A stretch of DNA of 64,000 nt from Mobula birostris (lineage: Eukaryota), in assembly GCF_030028105.1 (NCBI RefSeq), contig NC_092371.1, positions 165,719,358-165,783,357 on the forward strand, read 5' to 3'. The notes below the pieces were generated by a model. That model was not told the DNA's origin, did not search any database, and was given only the letters and a program-made list of their open reading frames with translations. The position numbers and the translations under genes were made by a program. Positions 24,501 through 36,864 of this stretch are shown here, one piece after another (position 1 is the stretch's first letter; each line of letters begins with the position of its first letter).

Positions 24501-24754
24501 CCCTTTCCAACAGTTTTGTTAGCCCTGTGCTGATTCTCCAAACCTGGGGGATCAGTGGACCACGCTCAGTTTGGCCTCTACCCTTTGACCTGTTTGGCAT
24601 GGGTGATCTTACCAAGAGCCAAACCATAAAGCCCTGACTCCAACCAAGATAGCTCTCCAGGTCTTTTAGGCACAGAAGCCTCCAAACCACGACAAGGTTG
24701 TGGTCCTCTTGGACGCTAATTTACGATGGGTGTCACCAAAGTAGAAGAGGCCAC

Positions 24755-27700
24755 GTCAGGACCACTGGATACAATAGACAACCACAACAGATTTGCAGCT
24801 GAAGTGTTGCCTCACTTGGAGGGACTGTTTGGGGCCCTGAATAGAGGTGAGGGAGGAGGTGAATAGACAGATGTAGCACTTGTGGCCGCTTGCCAAACAG
24901 GGAGGGATGAATGTACCAAGGAATCTCGGAGGGAGTGATCCCTGCATAGAGCAGGTGTGTTTGGAGGCAAGTGGGATCTCTTTGGAGATGGCAGAAGTTG
25001 TGGAGAATGACCTATTGATGCAGAGGCTGATGAGGTGGTAGGTTAGTACAAGAGGAACTCTCTCTGTTAAGCGAAGATGGGAATGAGTGCAGAGGGTGAG
25101 AAATGGAGGAGATGTAGGTGAAGGCAGCATCAATGGTGGAGGAAGGGAACCCCCATTCTTTGCAGGAGAACATCGCTGATGTTCTGGAATGGAAAGCTGC
25201 ATACGGGGAACAGATGCGGGAGAGATGAAGGAACTGAGAAAAGGGAATAACATTTTTTTTTAATTTTAATTTTATTTGGATAAGGAATTCACAAATATCA
25301 TGTACTTTTTTCACACATATACCCTTTTCCATTTTTTTATATGTATAAAACTACAATTATTTATACATTCTTAAGTACACATTGAGATGATATAAAAGGA
25401 AAATAAACATTTAAATAGATAATTATGTACTGTGGTAAATCTAACCTATTAGGCTAAGTAATGGAATTAGTTGTTAAGAAAAATGGTAATAATAGTTTCC
25501 ATATAACCCTTCTGGACCATTTCCACTGGTCCAAAATGTTGTATATAAGCCTATGTACCAACCATTGTAGGTGTTTATATCCTAATTTGTTCATGCTTGC
25601 TCCTGCCCGCAGACATAATTATCCAATCCCTATGTACTTATTTACTTAATTTTTTCATTTTTTTATCCCTTTCCCAAATCTTTCCCTTTACTTGTGTTAA
25701 TTCTCTATTTTCCAAAAGAAAACAAAAAAAACAAACATTTAGACTAGGGGTGCTTACGTTAGCAATATTACTGTGTTGATGAGAAGAGCAGTATAAATCA
25801 TTAGGAGAGTCATCTAAAGTCTGCTCGCATTGGGGTTATATATTCAATCCATTTATTCCAGATTTGATAAAATTTTTCTTTTTGAGTTCTCAGGGAGTAA
25901 GTCAACTTTTCCATTTTAAATATTTCCAAGATAATTTCGTACCAATCTTCTAATGTAGGTGGTATTGGATTTAGCCATTTTCTAGTGATTGATTTCTTAC
26001 TTGCCGCTAAGAGGGCCTGCAGCAACTTTATATCTTCCTTCTGTTCAAGAAACAATACATGCCCCAAATAGAGCGTCTCAAAGTTCAGAGGTATCTGGGA
26101 CCTAAGTACCTTAACTAATGTTCTATGAATACCTTCCCAAAATAGCCTTAATTTAGGGCAATCCCAAAAAATATGAAAATGATTTGCCTCCTTGGAGCCG
26201 CACCTTCTCCAACACATCACATTTGTATCTTTATATTTTTCCTGATATGGGGTCTTGAAGTATCTTATAATGTTTTTCCAACAATGTTCTCTCCAAGTCA
26301 AAGAATTAGTCGAGGACCATTGAAAGCTGCAGATTTTCCCCCAAGCCTCCTCTGAAAGTACCAACCCTGCTTCTTTCTCCCACTTCTCTTTAATATACAG
26401 TGTATTTACATTTTTAGCATGGGAGAGTGCATTATATAATCGAGAAACTGATTTACTAGGTATTGAACTGCAAGCCGAATTCAGAATCTTGAAAAATTCT
26501 AATTCCACTGTTGATAGGTCTGTATATCTACAACTCTGGTTAACATGGTTTCGTACTTGAAGGTACCTAAAAAAGTCATTATGTTCTAGGCCATGTTTGT
26601 CCTGCAGGATTTGGAAACTTTGTAATACTCTTTTATCTATAAGTGAGAGGTAGGTTGTAAGACCTTTCTTTATCCATAGCTCAAATCTTTTATCTCCTCT
26701 GTTGGGAAGGAATTCGGTATCATATGCACACCATCTAAAGAGTTTTAACATGTTATTAATTCCACATGAGTTAACCACCTTCTGCCATACTTTTAATGTA
26801 AGATTTATCCAAGCGTTTTAAAATTTTTCCAACTGGGCCATCAATCCTTTGTCAGCTATTGAGGCCTGAAGAGGAAAACTTTCAACTAAGCCAAATTCTA
26901 TTTCCTTCCATCTAGCCTTATATTCCCTATTACACCAATATAACAGAGGGGTTATCTGTGAGGCATAAAAATAATTTCTCAGGCAAGGAAGAACCATACC
27001 TCCTCCTTCCTTCCCTAACTGTAAGGTGTTATATCGAATTCTAGGTTTCTTTCCTTGCCAAATGAAGCGGGGAATCCATTTGTCCCATTCCCTGAATTGA
27101 TTATCATCCACCTCCACCGGTAAAGTATGGAAAAGATACAATAACCGAGGAAGAATGTTCATTTTTATAGTATTTATCCTTGAATTTAAACTTAAAAAGG
27201 GGATAAGATTCCATCTATGCATATCTGCTTTTATCTCTGAGATTAATGGCCCATAATTTACCTGTGACAGTGTTGAAAGATCCTTCAGCAGGGTTATTCC
27301 TAAATATTTTAATGATTTAGCTTCCCACTTAAGATCATATGTATCCTGCAACTTTTTGGATGGTGTATAATTTAGGGACATAACCTGCGTTTTCTTTACA
27401 TTTATTTTATAACCTGATATTTTCCCAAAGTCATCCAACAGTGTAAACAATCCTATAAATGATTTTTCTGGTTCACTCAGATAGACCAAAACATCATCTG
27501 CGAATAATGCCACTTTCTGTTCAATCCCTGCCACCTTGATACCTTTTACGATTTCGCTCTGTCTTATTAGTTGGGCAAGCGGTTCAATATATAGCGCAAA
27601 AAGGAGAGGAGAAATTGGGCATCCCTGTCTAGTGCCTCTCTCTCAGATAAAGGAGTCAGAGAGGTCCCCATTTATCTTAATTCGGGCTGTAGGGCTGTCA

Positions 27701-28990
27701 TATAGAGTCTAAATTACTTTAATAAACTTTTCTCGAAAGCCGAATCTTCCTAACACTCTGTATAGGAATGCCCAACTAACCGAATCAAAAGCTTTCTCAG
27801 CGTCCAATCCTACTACCATTGTCTCTGTCTCGTTCTTATTAACCTGTTCTAATATGTGCAGAGTTCTCCTTATGTTGTCCTGTGTTTGTCTTTGTTGAAT
27901 AAATTCAGTCTGGTCTAAGTGGATTAGGCCAGGTAAAAGCTTTTCCAATCTGCGCGCTAATATAGATGTAAATAGTTTGTAATCTAAATTAAGAACACTA
28001 ATTGGCCGATAATTGCCACATTCTAGTTTATCTTTACCCTCTTTAGGAATAACTGAAATAATCGCTTCTCTCCAGGAAGGTGGAGTTTCTCCTCTCTGCA
28101 AGATCCAATTAAAGGTGTTAAGTAGTAATGGGGCTAACTGTGTCTTCAGGGACTTGTACCACTCTGAGGTAAACCCATCAGAACCCGGGGACTTTCCAGC
28201 CTTTAACCTAGAGATGGCCACGTTCAGTTCTTTGACAGTTACTGGTTCTAATAAACTTTCATTTTGTAAATCTGTAAGTTTAGGTAGATCTAAAAAATTC
28301 AATACACTGTCTATATAGGGCTCATTGGGGGCCTGGGGTTGGGAGTAGGGAATAACATTTTTACAGGAGATGAGGGGGCAGGAAGAGCTATCATCAAGAT
28401 TGCCATGGGGATCAGGAGGTTTATAAAAGATGTTGGTAGACAGTTTATCTGCAGAGATGGTGACAGAGGGAGATTGAGAAAGATGTCAGAAATGAACTGA
28501 GTGAATTTACAGGCAGGGTGGATGTTGGAGGGAAAGTTGATGACAGTGACAGGCTCAGTATGTGGTGCTGCTTCGTGCACAACACAGACACCAATGTAGC
28601 AGAGGAAGAGTTGGGAAGCATTACAGGAGGAGGCTTGGAATCCGGAGAAAGTAGGAGGAGCCAAAGGAGAAATTGTTGAGGGCGAGGACAAGTTCTGCCA
28701 GATAAATGAGGGTGGTGGTGGAGGGAAACTAGTTGGTTCTTTTGTTGAGAAAGAAGCAGATACCTTTCAGGCTTTCTTGATGGGGGATAGAAGTCTTTAG
28801 GTACTGCACATCCATGGTAAAAATGAAACTGTCAGGGCCAGGGAATCGAAAGTTGTTGAGGAGTTCAAGAACATGTGAAGTGTTGTGGATATAGGTGGGA
28901 AAGGACTGAACTAAGGGGGAGAGAATGGAGTCGAGGTATGAGGGAACTGCATCTCAGTGGAGCAAGCAGAGACAATAGACCTACCCAGGT
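24755..28990 (-). mobile_element. Penelope-like element remnant interrupted by an L1 (parts 24755-25257 and 28347-28990)
   Basis: IPFSQFLHLSRICS, RVPLVLTYH, IQGPKQSLQVRQHFSC...VVYCI are typical of Penelope RT C-terminus/GIY-YIG regions. Confidence 0.75.
25258..28346 (-). mobile_element. 5'-truncated L1/Tx1-clade LINE, ORF2 RT domain with few disabling mutations
   Basis: ORFs 27709-28302, 26818-27534 ([10 protein letters not shown]) and 25810-26778 (CWRRC...HIFWDC); poly(A) tail; 16-bp TSD AGGGAATAACATTTTT at 25242-25257 and 28347-28362. Confidence 0.93.
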
Positions 28991-29609
28991 AGTCAGGAAA
29001 AGCCCTCTCCACCACTGAGCACATTTACCTGGAGTGCTACCACAAGAAAGCAGCATCCATCATCGAGGACCCCCACCATCCAGGCTATTCTCTCTTCTCA
29101 CTGCTACTGTCGGGTTGGAGGTACAGGAGCCTTTGGTCCCACACCACCAGGTTCAGAACAGTTATTACCCTACAACTGTCAGGCTCCTGAAACAGTGTGG
29201 ATAACTTCACTCACCTCAACACTGAACTGATTCCAGAACCTTCAGACTCATTTTCAAGAACTCGACAACTCATGTTCTCGGTATTCATTTATTTGCACAG
29301 TCTATCTTTTGTACATAATGTTATTTGTTAGTCGTTATGTGTAGTTTATCAATGGTTCAATTGTATTTCTCTGTTCTACTATTAATGTCTGCATGAAACT
29401 GAATCACAGCGTAGTGAATGGTGACACAGACATATTGATAATAAATTTACTTTGACTTTGACAACCACTGCCTTCTCCTGGTTAATGTGTTCCCACAGTG
29501 CTGTTAGAGAGCAAACTCCATGACACAGACCCAGCCACCAGTAATATATTTTGAAATCAGGAGGGCGTGTGGCGTAGAAGGCTTCAAAGGTTCAAAGTAA
29601 ATTTATTAG

Positions 29610-30270
29610 CGTAGTGGTTATCTCCAGAAAGACAAACGTCCCACAATGTGTGATCAAGATCGGAAATACAAACATCAAACAAGTCAACAAATTCAAATAT
29701 TTTGGCAGTTTAATAACAGGTGCGACACAGATATCAAATACAGAATAGCAATGGCGAAAGAAGCTTTCCAAAAAATGAAGACCATATTAACAGACAGAAA
29801 GATGAGCACATACACTAAAAACAGAATACTGCAGTGCTACATTTATTCTACCCTGACTTATGGAAGTGAACGCTGGACCATTTCTCCAGCAATGGAAAAG
29901 AGACTAGAGGCAGCTGAATTATGGTTCTACAGGAGAATGTTAAAAATATTATGGACCACACATACATCAAATGAAGAAGTTCTCAGAAAACCCCAAGCAG
30001 TTTGATCACTCATACCAACAATAAGAGAAAGACAACTCAGATTCCTAGAACACATCATGCGGAAAGATGAACTAGAAAAACTCATACTCTCTGGAAAGAT
30101 TGAGGGGAGCAAAGCTAGGGGAAGAGCTCGGTTTATGTACATCAAAAGCATAGCCAGGTGGCTACACATCGAGGAAATGGAAGTCATCCAAAAAACGAAG
30201 GAAAGATCTAGATGGAAAACCATGGTCACCAAAGTCCACATCGGATATGGTACCCAGACAGACAGACAGT
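29610..30270 (+). mobile_element. RTE-clade LINE 3' fragment
   Basis: RIAMAKEAFQKM...LTYGSERWT...ELWFYRRML, GKIEG..RGR; short (caga)n tail. Confidence 0.85.
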
Positions 30271-30398
30271 GGTTAGCACAATGTTTCATAGCCGCAGCGA
30301 TCCAGGTTCAATTCCCGCCGCTGTCTGTAAGGAGTTTGTACGTTCTCCCTTTGACTGCTCTGTTTTCCTCCCACAGTCCAGTTGGTAGGTTAATTGGT

Positions 30399-30847
30399 CA
30401 TTGTATACTGTCCCATGGTTTGGCTAGGGTTAAGTCAGGCATTGTATACTGTCCCATGGTTTGGCTAGGGTTAAATCAGGCATTGTATACTGTCCCATGG
30501 TTTGACTAGGGTTAAGTCAGGCATTGTATACTGTCCCGTGGTTTGGCTAGGGTTAAATCAGGCATTGTATACTGTCCCGTGGTTTGACTAGTGTTAAGTC
30601 AGGCATTGTATACTGTCCCGTGGTTTGGCTAGGGTTAAATCAGGCATTGTATACTGTCCGTGGTTTGGCTAGGGTTAAATCAGGCATTGTATACTGTCCG
30701 TGGTTTGACTAGTGTTAAGTCAGGCATTGTATACTGTCCCATGGCTTGACTAGGGTTAAGTCAGGCATTGTATACTGTCCCATGGCTTGACTAGGGTTAA
30801 ATCAGGCATTGTATACTGTCCCATGGTTTGGCTAGGGTTAACTCAAG
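30399..30847 (+). repeat. Minisatellite, 11 copies of a 41-bp unit (two copies 40 bp) inside a SINE
   Basis: Unit cattgtatactgtcccatggtttggctagggttaagtcagg starts at 30399, 30440, 30481, 30522, 30563, 30604, 30645, 30685, 30725, 30766 and 30807. Confidence 0.95.
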
Positions 30848-32889
30848 CATTGCTGGGCTGCGTGGATCAAAGAGCCTATTCTGTGCTGTATCCAATAAAT
30901 AAATAAACGTCACCATGCGCTATACTAGGTTCCTTTTCCTGTAGGCATTCACAGTAGATGCAAAGAAATACAATTTAATCAATGAAAAACTACACAGAAA
31001 CAAAGACTGACAAACGGATGTGCAAAAGTAGATGAACTATGCAAATATTAAAAATGATAATAATAATAAATACATAGTACTGAGAACACGAGTTGTCGGC
31101 ACCTTGGAAGTGAGTCCATAGGTTGCTAAATCAGTTGGGAATTGAGGTGAGTGTAGTTAATCACGGCATTTCAGGAGCCGGATGGTTGAAGGGCAACAAC
31201 TGTTCCTGAACCTGGTGGTGTGGGAGCTAAGGCTCCTGTATCTCCTTCCTGATGATAGTAGTGAGACGAGACGATTCTGCTGGTAGTGTTCCCATTGCCC
31301 TCGTTCTACTTGTTGGTAGTTTTGCGGGTGGGGGGGCTGTTTACCACTGGTGAGTAACTACTGTGTACACACCACTTGCATCCTGTCAAACAGGCTGCTC
31401 TCTCTGGCTGGGCTCAAACTTGTTGGGTCTCTGACTGTCCTGCAGAATTTCATCGGCCATTCCGGAACCACTTGCATTCCTAACCAAATCATTCCAGTAA
31501 CTTATCATGGGTAGGTTTACCATGATAAACACGATGGTTATAAACACCAAGACTGGCATTTTGCCCATTCACTCAGAATATCCTTCAAATCCCTTATTGT
31601 CCAGCTCAATAACAGACCATTCATCTCACTTTAAAGAAGAATTCCAGAGATATACCAACCTTTGTAGCTCAAAGTTCAAAGTACATTTATTATCAAAATA
31701 CATATATGTCACCATATACTACTGAGATTCATTTTCTTGCAGGCATTCACAGTAGAACAAAGAAATACAATTTAATCAATGAAAAACTACACAGACTGAC
31801 AAACAACGGATGTGCAAATAAAATACTACCACTGATAATAAATAAGTAAACAGCACATCTCACCCCAACTGAACAGATCTGTCAATACTCAAATCCAACA
31901 AAAATACTATCATTGCAGGTTGTGTCCATGTCTGCAACCGTGCACCCTAACCCTGGACCCTGAGCCCACTGGTTCCACCCTGTCAATAGATACTCAATAT
32001 CTGGGCTCTATGTTGGCAAATACATTGCTCTACTCGCAAAGGTTTTCATGATTATACTTCACAAACCCTCCTGTATGTCCTGATAGCCCATTCTGAAAGA
32101 GGGCCTTCGATTCCCTGCCAAGGTAAACCGTTGAGCTTGCTCACATTTTACTCACTGCATTTTGTAAGTCAAACTGCTATTGCAGGAATCAACCTAATGA
32201 CTTGTTCCTCCTCTTCCCCCTTGAGTTAACAAAACAGTCTGATTACGAGAACCAAGTGTGGTCTCAAAAGATCTGTACGGATGTTTAAAGACTTCTCCAC
32301 CTTGTCCCACTTCCTAAATAATTACTCCCCTTCCAGATTGCTTACTGTACTTAGTTATCATTTAAAGACTAGCCAGCTCGGTCTGGTCGGTTATCTCAGA
32401 ACATGACCTGCATCAACACATTGACTCCGTGTGGAAGCTTGCGTGCTTCAAGGCCTCCAACAGGCGATGCCAACTCAGGGCCACCCATGTTGGAACAGCT
32501 GTGGATGAGATGCCAGATGAAGATTGATCCAACCCCCACTCCCGAATGGACAGACTCGCATCTGCCTATCCCGGCCCATACCATACGAAAGAAGTACTTA
32601 AAAGTTTCTGTTTTCTGTACTACCAAAATGACTAACATCCCAATTTCAATACATGTTTTTGCTTTAACTGCTGAAATTTATCCCTTTCCAGATTCTTAGT
32701 AACTTCCTCACAACATCCCGTCTCACCTGGCTTTGGAGTACAGAAGTGAGTACTCCTTAGAACCCAGCTGTATTCAGAGTACAGATATAGTTAGTCCATA
32801 GACCAGTGACACAAGTTTTACTTTTTATTTTACTTAAAACAAGCTTACAAGAGTTATTAATCCTATGACATCCATAGTACTTTGATTTC

Positions 32890-34975
32890 AGATATTTTTG
32901 GATTATAGATATTCAAATCACCATCCAGTAATAGCTACCATCAAAACAAAATTAAAGAAAATGAAACATAAGCAACAATTCAAAACAGCGGTAGAAGAAA
33001 ACCTCAATGAAAACTAAACAACACCTATTTGGGACAGATTTAAATATGCTATATAGCAATCAGCAGAGGAGATAATCCTAGTACAAGAAATCTAACACAC
33101 CAAGGGGTGGATAACCCAAGAAATTCTAGATCTGATAGAACAAAGAAGGTTAGTGAAGAATAATGAACTGCAATGCAGAGAGCCGGACGGACGGACCAGA
33201 CAATTGTGCAATATTGCAAAGGAAGAATGGCTGAATCAAAAATGCAATGAAGTAGAGGCCATATTAACAACAGCAAAGAAATGCACAAGAAAATTAAGGA
33301 AATTACTGGAATTAAGAAAACCTCCTCTACAGGATGCATAAGATCAGTAGATGAATCCATACTAACAGATCCAGATAAAGTATGTGAGAGGTGGATTCAG
33401 TATATAGAGCAGCTTTTTGAAGATAATAGAGGGGAACCCCCAGATATTAAACACCTAATCCTGGCCCACCTATTACCAAAAAAGAAATAACTAAGGCAAT
33501 GAAAAACATGAAACATGGAAAAGCCACTGGACCTGATGAAATTTCAGTGGAAATGATACAAGCCCTAGAAGATCTGGGCATAGATATTCTCTTTGAACTG
33601 TTTAATGGCAGACATGAGTCTGGTGTATTGCCTGACAATCTCTTGAAACAGTATTTATAACTCTGCCAAAAATTTCTAGAACTACTGACCGCAAAAATTA
33701 TAGAACAATCAGTCTTATGAGTCACATAATAAAGATTTTGTTGAGAACTGTTCTGAGTCAAATTAAAAACAAGTTAAAGCCAGAAACTTCTAAGCTGCAA
33801 TATGGGTTTACTGAGGATAGAGGAACTAGGAACACAATTTTCATACTACGAATGCTTTCAGAAAGGGCAATTGAATATCAAAATGATGTCTTTTTATGTT
33901 TTATTGATTTCACTAAAGCATTCGACGAAGTGCAACATGAAAAATTATTTCAAATTCTCGCTAAACTAAACATTGACAGAAGGGACCAACAACTACTTCA
34001 AAATTTATATTGGAATCAAACGGCGGCAGTAAAATTTGATGATAATATAAGCAGTTGGACTAAAATTCAAAGAGCAGTTAGACAGGGATGCGTTGCCTCA
34101 CCAAAACTATTTAATATCTATAGTGAAATGATTCTCAGAGAAACAGAAGACCTAGATGGGATAAAAATTGGAGGTGTTAACATCAACAATATAAGATATG
34201 CAGATAATACCACCCTAATAGCAAGTGCTGCAGAAGACCTACAAATCCTCCTAGACAAAGTGGTACAAACAAGTACAGATGTTGGTCTAACCATCAACTG
34301 TAAAAAAAATGTATGGTGAAATCAAAACAACAAGGATGCTCCCAACTGCCAGTTGTACATCAGTAACCAAGAGATTGAACAAAAGACCAGCTTTAATTAC
34401 CTTGGTATCTTTATATCACAAGATGCTAAAAGTAAAGTAGAAATAAAAAGAATTGCCATTGCCAAAACCAACTTACAAAAAATGAAACCCAATTTTACCA
34501 ACAGACACATTTCCATGACAATAAGGCTTGGGCTACTAAAATGTTACATCTGGTCAATCTTGCTGTATGCTTCCAGAACACGGATTATAACACCAGAACT
34601 CCAAAGAAACTTAGAAGCAACAAAAATGTGGTTTCTTAGAAGAATGTGGAAAATATCATATAGAGATAGGGTAACTAATGAGACAGTACTCCAACGTGCC
34701 CATACAAAAAGATCTTTAATGAGAACACTAAATGAGAGGAAACTTAAATTCCTGGGCCATGTCATCAGAAAGGGAGAAATAGAATGCCTTACATTACAAG
34801 GCCGTATGCCTGGGAAACATGGAAGAGGAAGGCAAAGAAAAAAATATTTGGACACTGTGAAAGAAATAACAGATCTAAATGTGCAAGATATCATTGACGC
34901 TGCAAGGGATTGTTCGATGTGGACAGCCATGATCGCCCAAGCGTGTAATGCACAAGGCACATGAAGATGATGATA
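32890..34975 (+). mobile_element. RTE-clade LINE, RT domain, frameshifted
   Basis: FIDFTKAFD, VRQGCVASPKLFNIY, NNIRYADN; (gat)n tail at about 34965-34975. Confidence 0.9.
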
Positions 34976-36864
34976 TTCAGGCTGAAGATTAGCTGATGAG
35001 AAATTGTGCATACATTGCACATGGTTCCCTCATCAAAGACATCAATGTAAATTGCAAATTTATGTCACTTTATGTATATACAATTAGACCACCGCGTATA
35101 TAGATCTGTTACTTGTACATTGTGTTTTATAGGATCGCTTTTATAGATACAGTATTGTATTTTTTATGCTTTTTGTGGGGGGGTTTTTTGCTGCATCGGA
35201 TCCAGAGTAACAATCATTTCATTCTCATGTACTGAAGAATGACAATAGACCATCTTGAATGTTGAAATAGTTGAGGCCCATCGTTGACCCTTGTGAAGCT
35301 ACCGGTAACCACCTGAAAGGAATCAATTTATTCATAGTCTTTTTGTGTATTATAGCTAGTGTCCGCCCAAACTATGTGCACCTTCATTTAAACACTTAGT
35401 GTGACACCTTATCCAGATACTGACAATTCAGGTTCAGCATCCACTGATTTGTCTCTCAACTGCACCGCTTACTACATCTGCAGAGGAAAAAAATTGTGTC
35501 AAATGCAGCGTTCCCTTCATAAAACCAATGACTCACAGATAATAACACACTCAAAATGCTGGGGGAACTCAACAGGTCAGGCAGCATCCATGGAGGGGAA
35601 GAAAGAGTCGATGTTATGGATATTAACCTTGTCACTTTATTCCTCTCCATAAACACTGCCTAACCTGCTGAAACCTTCCAGCATTTTATAGATGCTACTC
35701 TGGATTTCTAACATCTGCAGAAGCTCTTGTGTTAGATTCAGATAATAAATTTGATTATATAATATGCTAATTTGTCAAACCCCTCACAATGGCTTCCAGC
35801 ATGCATCTAAGAACCAAGCTTAGGTTATTGAGAATGTGATTTCTGGATTGTCTCTTATCCCTCCTTGTTTGAATGGGGACATTACGAAGTCCTGATCCAT
35901 TAAGAATAATCACCACCATGGGTTCCTTCTCAGAACAAAGAGGCTAGTCATCTGCTACACATTTGTACTTTATTTTCCTGATAGCTTTGCATTTAGTTCC
36001 TCACTTGAAAACACTCACTTCCCCTATTCCTACTCTCATTTGCTTTTTGTGAAGATAGATGCAAATATTTGGTAAAGATTTCTTGCACTTCCTGAATGTA
36101 TCATTACAATCTCTCCTGCCTTCATCACTAAAGACTTACATTTCCCACTTTAAATACCCACAGAAAACCTCATCGATAATTATTATATCTGATGTGGTAT
36201 TCTATTTTCTCCTTCATTTTATTTTTTTTTATTTGCATTTCTAAAGCTCTCCTAATCCTATGGTTTTACATGTCTTTTATCTTAGATGAAACTTTAGATT
36301 TAATATTGTACAATGACGATAGACTAATTGTAATTGGTAGTTAAGGGACCTACAAGGAAGTGCTCAAAAACTGATAATCTATATATACTGCTCATATTGC
36401 AAATAGTGACATAACTGCGAACTACAAATGTGCAAGGCCTACATGGGCTATGGTAGATCGGAAAATGGAATTGAATGGCATGAGAATAAACAAGCCATGT
36501 GCAATATTTAAAAATTCATACCTAGCTAATATCAAATCTCTTTAAGGATCAAAAACCCAAAAGGAAGTGGTTCAGCCATGAGTATCAAGGGAGTTCAAAA
36601 GCAGTATTCAAACGTCAACACGAGGAATTCTGCAGATGCTGGAAATTCAAGCAACACACAAAGTTGCTGGTGAACGCAGCAGGCCAGGCAGCATCTCTAG
36701 GAAGAGGTACAGTCAACGTTTCGGGCCAAGACTCTGTCGACTGTACCTCTTCCTAGAGATGCTGCCTGGCCTGCTGCGTTCACCAGCAACATTGATGTGT
36801 GTTGCAGTATTCAAACAGCAGTTTGATCAAGGCACGACTGAGGAGGTGTGTGGACATCAGTGAG

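Noticed and set aside
30399-30847. Possible CRISPR-like array
   Set aside because: Head-to-tail units with no unique spacers in a vertebrate genome; it is a SINE-derived minisatellite.
32396-32699. ORFs in unique-looking intergenic sequence
   Set aside because: No recognisable homology or convincing splice sites in any frame.
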